Shown here in pieces: positions 55,167 to 64,000 of a stretch of 64,000 bases of DNA. The position numbers and the translations under genes were made by a program. The notes beneath the pieces were generated by a model. The model made no database searches, had not been told where the DNA came from, and saw only the letters and a list, made by a program, of their open reading frames with translations. Origin of the DNA: an uncultured Nitrospinota bacterium (GTDB taxonomy: Bacteria > Tectomicrobia > Entotheonellia > J063 > CAVPRW01); the NCBI GenBank assembly GCA_963707985.1, contig CAVPRW010000001.1, positions 32,001-96,000 of the forward strand, given 5' to 3'. Every line of letters begins with the position of its first letter. Positions within the stretch are counted from its first letter, which is position 1.

Positions 55167-56193
55167 TCATCCATACCAGCGTGCTTGCATCCGAAATAAT
55201 GCGGCATAGCGGCCATTATGCTGCGTGAGCTCCTCATGAGTGCCCTGCTCATCGATCTGCCCGTGGCGGAGCGAGAGAATCTGGCCAGCTCTTCTAACCG
55301 TTGAGAAGCGATGAGAGATGAAGATGATGCTCTTGCCTTGGATCTCACGCAGCAGCTGTTCAAAGAACACCTCCTCGGCTTCGGGATCCAACGCAGCACT
55401 CGGTTCATCGAGAATGAGGAGGGCCGCCTGCGACTTCATGCACGCCCGTGCCAGAGCCAACCGCTGCCACTGACCACCGGAGAGCTTGACGGTCCCCTCT
55501 TCAAGCTCCCATTTGCCGAGCGGGGTTTCATAGCGTTTGGGTAGGGCCTCGATGAAGGTCTCAGCACCGCCGAGCCGGGCCGCCTGACGGATGTGCTCCA
55601 AGTCTTCCATTGCCTCGATCTCACCATAACCGATTTGCTCCCGTATGCGTCCTTCATCCTGGGCGAACTGCTGGAAAATGACGCCGATCCGGGCATAGTA
55701 GGAGTCCAGGTCGATGTCCCGCAGGTCCACCCCATTGATCAAGATCCGCCCGTCGGTTGGATCGTAGAATCGCAACAGCAACTTCACCAGAGTGGTCTTG
55801 CCAGAGCCATTGTCACCGACCAAGGCCATCCGGACGCCCGCATCAAGTCGAAATGACACATCCGAAAGGACCCACGGGCCCTCGTCCTGGTAACGAAACC
55901 TGACGTGTTCGAACTCAATCGTGAACGGTATATCTTTGTCAATGATTCGTGCATGGGGTGATCGGTGAATACGTGGCTGATAGAGGAGTATCCCACGTAA
56001 ATCTTGAATGAACAAATGGTTTCCATAGATAGACGTAGACCTGGATCGATGGGATGACCGCGCCCAGCGCTCTCACAGTCCCAAGTCCGAGGACAAGAGG
56101 TTTGTGTTCGTCCCACGCCAGGTTGAGGAGAAACGCAATGTCGGAGAAGAAATCCTTCACCTGCCCGATGGAGGTGTGCGGCCCATCAGTCAT
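55167..56193 (-). pseudogene. ABC exporter with most of the TM domain deleted
   Basis: Short N-terminus (56193) is joined out of frame near 56030 to an ATPase with GDNGSGKTT, LSGGQWQR, ILDEP. Confidence 0.7.
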
Positions 56194-56224
56194 ACGGCAC
56201 TACCCTCGGTATCCCGTTGATCGC

Positions 56225-57250
56225 CTATGCAGACACCGCTGGACCAATCCTGACGAGCATTTTGCCCATATTTTCTCCTGCAAACAAGCCAAGGAATGCC
56301 TTGGGTGCGTTCTCAATGCCATCGACGATGGTTTCTTCCCATTTGATCTTGCCGTCAGCAATCCACGCCCCCATGTCGGCATAGAACTGTGGCTGGCGAT
56401 TGACGTGGTCGGAGACGATGAAACCTGTGAGCGTCAGGCGCTTTCGCACCGCCATGCGCAGATTGCGAGGACCGGAAGATGGTGTGCTCTCGTTATACTG
56501 AGAGATCATCCCGCACAAGGCGATACGACCGCGTATATTCATGTGTTCAAGTGCGGCTTCGAGGTGTGCGCCGCCAACGTTTTCAAAGTAGACGTCGACG
56601 CCGTGCGGACAGTGTTTGCCAAGCGCCGTGGTCAGGGAGTCAACTTCTTTGTAATTAACGGCAGCATCGATCCCGGCGACGTCTTGCAGCCACTGTACTT
56701 TGGCTGCTGAGCCGGCGCTGCCCACCACGCGGCAACCCTTAAGCTTGGCGATCTGGCAGACGACCGAGCCCACGGCTCCAGCCGCGGCGGAAACAAAGAC
56801 GGTGTTCCCAGTCTGTGGTTGGCCGATGTCGAGCAAGCCGACATACGCCGTCAACCCGGGCATCCCTAAGATGCCGAGATACGCCTGCAACGGCGCCAGG
56901 TTGGGATCGATTTTGGTCAGTTCCTTGGCGTGTGCAATATAATACTCGCGCCACCCCTTCCGGCCCAACACGTAGTCCCCAGCTTTGAACGTGCTTGCCT
57001 CGGACTGCACGATCTGTCCGACGCAGCCCCCTTCCAAAGGCTCTCCAAGCGGAAACGGCTGGACGTAGCTTGGCTGCTCGATCATGCGTCCGCGCATGTA
57101 GGGGTCGACCGACATGTAGAGATTACGGACCAACACCTCACCCTGACCCGGTGTGGGGACCGGCACGGTGACGAGCTCAAAGTCGTGTTCGCTCGGCAGG
57201 CCAACAGGACGACTCTTGAGGTGAATTTCGCGGCTGACGATTTCGGTCAT
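56225..57250 (-). CDS. NADP-dependent oxidoreductase (PTGR/CurA-like MDR family)
   Basis: SVDPYMRGR, LGMPGLTAY.GL, VSAAAGAVGS, YFENVGG, G.N.GK. Confidence 0.92.
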   Translation of the reverse strand: MTEIVSREIHLKSRPVGLPSEHDFELVTVPVPTPGQGEVLVRNLYMSVDPYMRGRMIEQPSYVQPFPLGEPLEGGCVGQIVQSEASTFKAGDYVLGRKGWREYYIAHAKELTKIDPNLAPLQAYLGILGMPGLTAYVGLLDIGQPQTGNTVFVSAAAGAVGSVVCQIAKLKGCRVVGSAGSAAKVQWLQDVAGIDAAVNYKEVDSLTTALGKHCPHGVDVYFENVGGAHLEAALEHMNIRGRIALCGMISQYNESTPSSGPRNLRMAVRKRLTLTGFIVSDHVNRQPQFYADMGAWIADGKIKWEETIVDGIENAPKAFLGLFAGENMGKMLVRIGPAVSA

Positions 57251-57792
57251 GGTGGTCTCCTTGGTAGCGGTGGCCACAGGGCAAATTCACGCCCAGCTCT
57301 CCAGCCAGACAGGGTCTTACCCAGGTTCAAGTGCGCTGGCACCTGCAGTCCCTAGGCTGGCAGCAATGCCGAAGGTGCGTGCCCACTCGGAAGTTGTGCC
57401 GTCTGCCCCATGCGGCAAAGCCCCTTAACCTCCTTTTTGAGATAGGGGCGCTTCCGTAACACCCATTCCAATATAGACAGAGGACCTATACGGCACCATG
57501 CGCTCGACTATAGCGCGCTTGCTACTGAATCGCTACCACAGCCGGGTATCTCTGGGCAACCGCGTTAGGGGCTATATCTTTAGTCCGCGATCCGCGATTG
57601 GCGTTCAGCGTCAAGAGACGCGGGAGTATGCTGAGGCAAGCGTTGACTTCAGTGGGCTCGCATGATATACGAGTGATCAGAAAAGGGCTCTCACCCGTGA
57701 TTTCCATGCGACACCCAGCATATTGCCACGATGAGTGATCCTGGACGAAGTCCTACGTGGTTCAGTGTCGCAAGTAACGTAAGGAGAAAGCG

Positions 57793-58134
57793 ATGGCGAT
57801 GAAACGTGTGGTTGTTGAGATGGGGATGGGAACTGATATTCGTGGCGGGGATTGTACCAAGGCAGCAGTGCGCGCCCTGCGTGACGCGTTGTGGCATAAC
57901 TCGCTCGGGGTAACGGGGGCGCTCGGCATGGATGTTGATTCGATGCGGATCGAGGTGGTGATCGGCGTGCCGAAACCCGAGACGGTTGATAAAGCCCAGG
58001 TGCTGGCTGTGTTGCCACATGGCACCGGAGAGGTGCGCGTGGTTCATGGCGGCTTGGTGGTTCCCACTGAAGACGGTAGAGAGGGGACGATCATCGCCAA
58101 TGCCGCGGCCATCGTCCGGCTCGACCTACCATGA
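57793..58134 (+). CDS. Lin0512 family protein
   Basis: EMGMGTD..G.D.TKAA.RA..DA..HNS, LPHG, GGL. Confidence 0.85.
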   Translation: MAMKRVVVEMGMGTDIRGGDCTKAAVRALRDALWHNSLGVTGALGMDVDSMRIEVVIGVPKPETVDKAQVLAVLPHGTGEVRVVHGGLVVPTEDGREGTIIANAAAIVRLDLP

Positions 58135-58634
58135 AAGCGTCGGAGTTGTCGAGCAAGTGCGAGGCCTGAGGTCGCAAGCCTCGCCATCAGTCGTGCAGGG
58201 GTTTAGTGGCTGTCTGCTCCAAGCGGTTGTGATGGCGCTTGAGATCGGCCACCGCCAGCTCGATGGCCAAGTTGATGACATGCGGAGCCCAAGGAATCTG
58301 TGCATCGATGGCCCGACGCTGAATCCGAAAGAACGCGGTACGATGTTTTTCTTCGTCCCGAAGGGGTAATCCCTCACGGGCGATCTCCCACACGACCTCT
58401 TGGGCGATGCGACGCACGGGCGGCAACACCGCTCCTGTCAGTCCGCCACGATGTCGGAATAGCCACATGACTACCGACTCCCAAAGGTCCACGGCTATCC
58501 TCCCTGCTCAGATTCAGCACATGCGTTGCGGCGTCATTCACCCACAGCGATCTCTTGGTTTCGATGGAAGATAGGTTCATTGGCTGGGTATTATAGTACA
58601 TCCTGACATGTGACGGAAGTGGGAGGAGAGCGAT

Positions 58635-59126
58635 ATGAATACTCCTGAAGAACTGGCGCGCTTCAAAGAAGAGGTCCGGCAGCGCACGCGGTTAGTGCTC
58701 GAAAAGGTCACGCCAGACCAACTGGACTGGGTACCTGCCCCCGAGGCTTTGTCGATTCGGCAGATGGTCCGCCACATGCGTCTCAGCGAGGAGGGGTCTT
58801 TTCAGGTCGTACAGCATGGGGATTGGGGCTACTCTGTTAGACGCCGTAGCGCCCCACTGGTCACGCTGCTGGGAGAATCCGAGCCGTGGGAGACTGAGCT
58901 GATAGCATTTGAGGAGACGCATCAGGATTGGCTCGCCTGGCTTCACGCGATGCCAGCCGACGCGCATACCCAGGAGCTGGTCAACCCACAAAATAACCAA
59001 CGCGTCTCGGCGCTAGCCTTTGTCCTGGCACGCGTCGAGCACGAGGCGCATCACCGGGCGCAAATCTCCACCTATTTGCGTATGCTGGGCGAGCAGTGGC
59101 CGAGCCCCTATGGCCAGCTGGCGTGA
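58635..59126 (+). CDS. DinB family protein
   Basis: SIRQMVRH...E; HEAHHRAQISTYLR.LG. Confidence 0.88.
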   Translation: MNTPEELARFKEEVRQRTRLVLEKVTPDQLDWVPAPEALSIRQMVRHMRLSEEGSFQVVQHGDWGYSVRRRSAPLVTLLGESEPWETELIAFEETHQDWLAWLHAMPADAHTQELVNPQNNQRVSALAFVLARVEHEAHHRAQISTYLRMLGEQWPSPYGQLA

Positions 59127-59128
59127 GG

Positions 59129-59830
59129 CTATAAGACCTCGTCGGTCGGGAGTACGATCTCCCCGAGGCGCTTCAGGGCTGGCTGTGGCAATCCCTCATA
59201 CAATTTCTCAAACGTTTCATTGACTTCAGCATTGGCCATCCCGAACAAACTGCGCCCCTGAACATCACATTCGACCAGGAACGGGCCGAAGTGTTCGACT
59301 TCGAGCACCCACACCGCCTGGGCCAGACCCAGCTCATCCTTCCAAAACACTTCTCTAACGTGGTGGATGCCCTGACCGTAGATGGCTCCCAGGCCGTAAC
59401 CAACCGTGGTCAAATAGACCGCACCATACTGACGAAAGGCCGTCTGGTATACCTCCTCTTGCATGCCCCCTTTGCCGATGACGGCGCGTATGCCGTAACG
59501 CTCCAGGAGCAATGGCACGTATTTGGCGAAGCGGAAACTGGCGGTCGCAGTGACCGAGGGGATGTGGTATTCGCCCGGATGCGGCTCGCTGACGGCGGGG
59601 GAACAGTGGAAGGTCACGTTGCAGGTGTGGCCCAGGTCGAGCGGCGGCTCTAGTCCTTTCTCGAATACCTGGTGATAAAAACCCTCGCGCCCGGTGAAGA
59701 TGAGGCCGCTAAGAAATACTGCATCGCCCAGCTCGAGTGTCCGCGCCGCAGTATCGGTCAGCGGCAATTGCAAATGCACTTCACGCATGCGTAACTGCTC
59801 AGTCCGGTCCATAAGACTCCTTATGCTCAT
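59129..59830 (-). CDS. Fe-S hydro-lyase (fumarase/tartrate dehydratase) beta subunit
   Basis: L.LGD.V.LSG...TGR, TAS.RF, IGKGGM, FGP.LV..D..G.SL. Confidence 0.85.
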   Translation of the reverse strand: MSIRSLMDRTEQLRMREVHLQLPLTDTAARTLELGDAVFLSGLIFTGREGFYHQVFEKGLEPPLDLGHTCNVTFHCSPAVSEPHPGEYHIPSVTATASFRFAKYVPLLLERYGIRAVIGKGGMQEEVYQTAFRQYGAVYLTTVGYGLGAIYGQGIHHVREVFWKDELGLAQAVWVLEVEHFGPFLVECDVQGRSLFGMANAEVNETFEKLYEGLPQPALKRLGEIVLPTDEVL

Positions 59831-61872
59831 CCGAGTCCAACGTGGATGTCAAGCCATCCATGCGGAGTGATCAGAACGCGGTCGCCGCGTCGGACGAGAA
59901 CGGTTGTCGTTGCCGACTCGAAAATGGCTGGGCCCGCAACCTCATCCCCTGTTTGCAGGGTCTCCAACTCGTAGACTGGCACGTCTAGCCAGGTGCCGAG
60001 GTACACGCGTCGGCTACTGTGTGGTGCGGACCTTTCCCTAACGTTGAGGACCGGCTCTACCGGAAGGATGGGTAGCTCGCCCACCACCGCCAGCCGGGCA
60101 TTCACCAGCACCACCTCCTGGTCTGGCGCACTATACGTGTATAGCTCTTCATGACGATGGTGAAAGCGCTCAATTACCTGCTCGATCAGATCGGGGGCAG
60201 TGATATCAACTCCGTCCAGTGGCACGGTGATCTCAAAGATTTGCTCGCCATAGCGCATGTCTGCAGCTCGGCGTACGCTGATGGGCCCGGAAAAGGCCGT
60301 GGCCAGGTGCGTACGTCCATTGGTCTCCATGTCGGTGAAGAGGCCGCGGAGCTGTGCCGAGCCCACCTTCTGCACTTCGCCTACATGGGTGCGCACCAGC
60401 TCGTAGCGCAGGTCCGTCGCGAGCATGCCCCAAGCTGACAGCACCGCTGCCACGCGGGGCACCACCACACGGGCAATCTCCAGTTGGCGGGCCACTTCAG
60501 TGATGTGTAAACCAGCCGCGCCGCCGAACGCCAATAAGGCAAATCGCCGTGGGTCCACGCCCCGTCGTGCCGACACCAGGCGAATACCCTCCGCCATGTT
60601 GGCGTTGACCACGCGATGGATCCCTTCCGCAGCAGCGATGGCCGTGAGCCTCAATTGGCTCGCAATTCCCTCGACGACGGTGAGAGCCGCGCCAGCCTCC
60701 AATAGACTACGGCCACCCAGGAAGTTGCCTGGGTCGAGATAGCCCAGCACTAGATTGGCATCGGTGACCGTCGCGGCCATGCCACCCTTACCATAGCAGG
60801 CTGGACCGGGGTCGGCTCCGGCACTCTGCGGACCGACATGCAGGATGCCACCGAGGTCAGCATGCGCGATGGAGCCGCCGCCCGCACCCAGAGTATGGAT
60901 ATCGAGGCTCGGCAGCGCCACTTTCAGGCCACCCACTGATTTATCGCCGCTCCAGAAGGGCTCGCCCCTCTCAAGGACAGCGATGTCGGTGCTGGTACCC
61001 CCCATGTCGAAGGAGATCAGGTTCTCTTCTCCGAGCAGGCGACTACAGTAGCGACTGCCGGCGATTCCACCAGCCGGCCCTGACAAAATGGCGCCAGCGG
61101 CGAGTCGTGCCGCATCGGCCAGTGGAGCCACCCCACCATGGGATTGCATGATGAGCACGTCACGTCGGTAACCGGCAAGCTGCAGGCGGTCTGCAAGATG
61201 CGACAAGTAGCGTGAGAGCGTTGGGCCGACGTAGGCATTGACCACCGTCGTGCACACACGCTCGTATTCCTTGATCTGCGGCAGGACCTCGGACGAGAGA
61301 GAAATATACGCCTTCGGCAGACGTGTTTGGACGTACTGGCTTGTCGCCAGCTCATGGCTGGGGTCGCGATAGGCGTGCAGGTAGCACACCGCCACCGCGT
61401 CCACGCCGGCCTGCGACAATTTTCGGACACCCGAGGCCAGGGACGCACGACTGAGCGGAATTTCCACAGATCCATCGAATCGCAGGCGTTCGCGGACTCC
61501 AATGCGCAGGCCCCGAGGCACGAGGGGGGTCGGCGGCGGCATGCGCAGGTTGTAGCGGTCGTCTTTCAAGCCCTCGCGCATTTCGATAATATCCCGGTGC
61601 CCCTCGGTCGTGAGCAACCCCACTCTAGCCCCTTTGCGTTCCAGCAGGGCATTTGTCGCGACCGTCGTACCATGGACGATGCGCTCGGTCTGGTCCAGCA
61701 ACGACGCGAGGTCCTTGTCGAGCTCTGCTGCCAGAGACACTAGTCCTTGCATCACACCTAGTGATGGATCGCTGGGCGTGGAGGCCGCTTTGGCAAGCAC
61801 GACTCGACCCTGCTCGTCAACTGCCACTAGGTCGGTGAACGTTCCACCGACATCGATACCGATGCGATACAT
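59827..61872 (-). CDS. Hydantoinase/oxoprolinase subunit A
   Basis: IGIDVGGTFTD, HGTTVATNA, SGPAGG, DMGGTSTD, GAGGGS, TVTDAN. Confidence 0.93.
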   Translation of the reverse strand: MYRIGIDVGGTFTDLVAVDEQGRVVLAKAASTPSDPSLGVMQGLVSLAAELDKDLASLLDQTERIVHGTTVATNALLERKGARVGLLTTEGHRDIIEMREGLKDDRYNLRMPPPTPLVPRGLRIGVRERLRFDGSVEIPLSRASLASGVRKLSQAGVDAVAVCYLHAYRDPSHELATSQYVQTRLPKAYISLSSEVLPQIKEYERVCTTVVNAYVGPTLSRYLSHLADRLQLAGYRRDVLIMQSHGGVAPLADAARLAAGAILSGPAGGIAGSRYCSRLLGEENLISFDMGGTSTDIAVLERGEPFWSGDKSVGGLKVALPSLDIHTLGAGGGSIAHADLGGILHVGPQSAGADPGPACYGKGGMAATVTDANLVLGYLDPGNFLGGRSLLEAGAALTVVEGIASQLRLTAIAAAEGIHRVVNANMAEGIRLVSARRGVDPRRFALLAFGGAAGLHITEVARQLEIARVVVPRVAAVLSAWGMLATDLRYELVRTHVGEVQKVGSAQLRGLFTDMETNGRTHLATAFSGPISVRRAADMRYGEQIFEITVPLDGVDITAPDLIEQVIERFHHRHEELYTYSAPDQEVVLVNARLAVVGELPILPVEPVLNVRERSAPHSSRRVYLGTWLDVPVYELETLQTGDEVAGPAIFESATTTVLVRRGDRVLITPHGWLDIHVGLG

Positions 61873-61882
61873 CCCACGTCCT

Positions 61883-63550
61883 TTAGCTGCTTCTGCCACG
61901 TCCTGGGCGCTTCTTTGCGGTGACAAACCCGTCAGCGAGGTCAGCGGCATGCGCCTGTGGATCGCGTTCTATGGGATCTCCATAGCCGCCACCGCCAGAT
62001 GATTCGATGGACAAGACGTCCCCTGGTAGCACCTGGATGCCGACTTCCTTGGTTTTCAAAAAACGGCTACGTCCTTTCGAAATCAGCCGGTAGCGATGCG
62101 GCAAGCCGTCCTCGCCTCCGCATAGCCCATAGGGGGCATAGCGCACACCGTCGCCGGCCGTATTCGCCACTGCTGGTTCGGTGATCTCGAGATGCAGTTC
62201 CATTTCGGAGCCGGCGCCGCCACGGTATTTCCCAGCCCCTGCGGAATCCGGGCGAAACTCATGTCGTTTGAAAAACAGCGGGAACCGGACCTCGGTCACC
62301 TCGATGCTGCCGAATTTGATGCCACCAGCCGCCTGCCCCTCGCCTGCGGTGGGCCAGCCATCGCCAACTGGCGAGGCACCACCACCGCCACGGGCGTGGA
62401 ACATGTGCCAGATGAAGGGTCGATCGGTGCGGGGATTCATCCCCTTGATGGCAATCCTGAAGCGCCGGGACCAGCCAGCCAGGGCGCGCTCCGGACACGC
62501 TCCAGCCAGCGCCTTGATCACCGCTTCGGCAATTTCCTGTGCACAGTGATTGGTAGACAGGGTGACGGGAGCTGGAGGGAAGGGCCAGACCACCGTTCCT
62601 TGCTTGAGCTGCACGGTGATCGGCCGGAATGTCCCCTCATTCTTCGGAATGCGAGGATCGATGAGGTAGGCGAAGGCCATATGGATGGCTGACATGGTAT
62701 TCGGGTAAGAGGAATTGACGAAGCCGATCACTTGCGGATGTGAGTCGGTGAGGTCGATGGTCAGAGAGTCCCCGTGCTTCGTGACCCTGGCGCGGATGTG
62801 GATGTCGGTGATGCCGTGGCCGTCATCGTCCAAAATGGCTTCGCCCTGGTACACGCCATCATTCCAGGTCTGGACGCAAGCTCGCGCCTGGCGTTCGGCA
62901 CTGGACAAGATCTCCCCAACCGCCTCAGCCAGTGCCTCCTGGCCATATTCGTCGACGAGGCGCAGAAGTCGCCGTTCGCCGAGCCTGGCCGAGCCCATCA
63001 TGGCGCGCAAGTCTCCCAGGAAATCACGCGCATGGCGCACGTTGGTGGCTAACATGTGCAACACGTCATCTCGCAACTCACCCCGATCGTACAGTTTGAG
63101 GGGGGTGACGCGGATACCCTCCTGCCAGATCTCCGTGGCGCCGGGATTGTAGGCCCCATGGGTGGCACCGCCGATATCGCTCTGATGGGCACGATTAATG
63201 GACCAGAAGATCAGGTGGTCATCCATAAAGACGGGGAGCAGGACCGTCAGGTCCGGCAAATGATTGCCGCCATGGTAGGGATCGTTGAGGAGAAACATAT
63301 CCCCTGGCTGAACACGTCCGGTGAAGAACTCACGAATCGATTGCACGGCCCACGGCAGCGCCCCCACGTGGATGGGAACATGTTCCGCCTGCGCCGTCAG
63401 ACGTCCTTCAGCGTCGCATATCGCCGTCGAAAAGTCACGGCTGGAATTCAAAATTTGCGAGTAGGCGGTGCGCAACATGGCTTCGCCCATTTCCTGGACG
63501 ATGGCCTCGAGGCGGAGTTGTAGAACTGACACGCTGATACGGTCGAGCAT
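61883..63550 (-). CDS. Hydantoinase B/oxoprolinase subunit
   Basis: DFSTA, NDPYHGGNHLPD, H..DIGG, GKYRGG.G, GGGGYGDP. Confidence 0.93.
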   Translation of the reverse strand: MLDRISVSVLQLRLEAIVQEMGEAMLRTAYSQILNSSRDFSTAICDAEGRLTAQAEHVPIHVGALPWAVQSIREFFTGRVQPGDMFLLNDPYHGGNHLPDLTVLLPVFMDDHLIFWSINRAHQSDIGGATHGAYNPGATEIWQEGIRVTPLKLYDRGELRDDVLHMLATNVRHARDFLGDLRAMMGSARLGERRLLRLVDEYGQEALAEAVGEILSSAERQARACVQTWNDGVYQGEAILDDDGHGITDIHIRARVTKHGDSLTIDLTDSHPQVIGFVNSSYPNTMSAIHMAFAYLIDPRIPKNEGTFRPITVQLKQGTVVWPFPPAPVTLSTNHCAQEIAEAVIKALAGACPERALAGWSRRFRIAIKGMNPRTDRPFIWHMFHARGGGGASPVGDGWPTAGEGQAAGGIKFGSIEVTEVRFPLFFKRHEFRPDSAGAGKYRGGAGSEMELHLEITEPAVANTAGDGVRYAPYGLCGGEDGLPHRYRLISKGRSRFLKTKEVGIQVLPGDVLSIESSGGGGYGDPIERDPQAHAADLADGFVTAKKRPGRGRSS

Positions 63551-63561
63551 GGGAGGCCTCT

Positions 63562-64000
63562 CTATTCAATGCCTTCCCGTCGGTAGAAGGGCGTGAACCA
63601 CTGGGGGTCTTCGCGGTAGGTCACGGCATTATCCGCAGTGATGCGGGCCGTCATACGCCGATGCGCGAAGCAGAAATGTTGGATCGCGATAGGCATGCCG
63701 CCAGTGTGGGCGTAGGCAATCTCAATGTGCACATCCATAATGCCGCCGTTACCGGGAAAACCCATGGCGCCAAAACCGGTCGAATTGCCCAACTCCAGCA
63801 ACTCATCTTCGAGCGCGGCGACGTCCGGGTCGGGGTTACGGTCTTCGACCAAGCGTAGACAAGCGGCCTCCTTGGCGAGACGGACGCAATAATCCTTGGT
63901 GCCTCCGAGGCCGATGCCTACTACAAGCGGCTGGCAGGACATGCCGCGCCGAAAGAATTCGCTGATGCTGTCGAGGAAGAAACGCTTGATACCAGGGATA
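63562..64000 (-). CDS. Fe-S hydro-lyase alpha subunit (5' end beyond window)
   Basis: CQPLVVGIGLGGT, N.TGFGAMG..G, HTGG.P.A....C.AHR. Confidence 0.85.
   Translation of the reverse strand, partial: IPGIKRFFLDSISEFFRRGMSCQPLVVGIGLGGTKDYCVRLAKEAACLRLVEDRNPDPDVAALEDELLELGNSTGFGAMGFPGNGGIMDVHIEIAYAHTGGMPIAIQHFCFAHRRMTARITADNAVTYREDPQWFTPFYRREGIE

Noticed and set aside
22800..64000. tRNA/rRNA genes or prophage
   Set aside because: No cloverleaf, rRNA-like sequence or phage structural genes were recognised by eye; a covariance scan was not possible.

Overview
The first ~22.8 kb is an integron-type gene-cassette array. It has about 16 attC sites in direct orientation, and the GTT... start of most cassettes is complementary to the ...AAC end of the same cassette. 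No integron integrase lies in the window; it would be upstream of base 1, or the array is a CALIN. The cassettes carry four recognisable toxin-antitoxin pairs, several defence-like genes (a two-gene TIR + TIR-TPR cassette, an EVE-nuclease, a HEPN-like protein, a GIY-YIG protein, a small toxin/immunity-like pair), an IS91-type transposase and a few enzymes. Three attC sites are occupied by group II introns of apparently different lineages, all co-oriented with the cassettes. One of these introns contains a second complete intron (a twintron). An IS1634 interrupts one cassette gene. The older mobile-element ORFs show a strongly directional A:T->C:G substitution pattern. The remaining ~41 kb is mostly metabolic and transport genes (putA, enolase-superfamily enzyme, GMC oxidoreductase, ABC and RND exporters, pyk, purM, hydantoinase/oxoprolinase and Fe-S hydro-lyase genes), interspersed with IS remnants and pseudogenes. 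All calls are by eye from sequence and motif recall; no searches were run.
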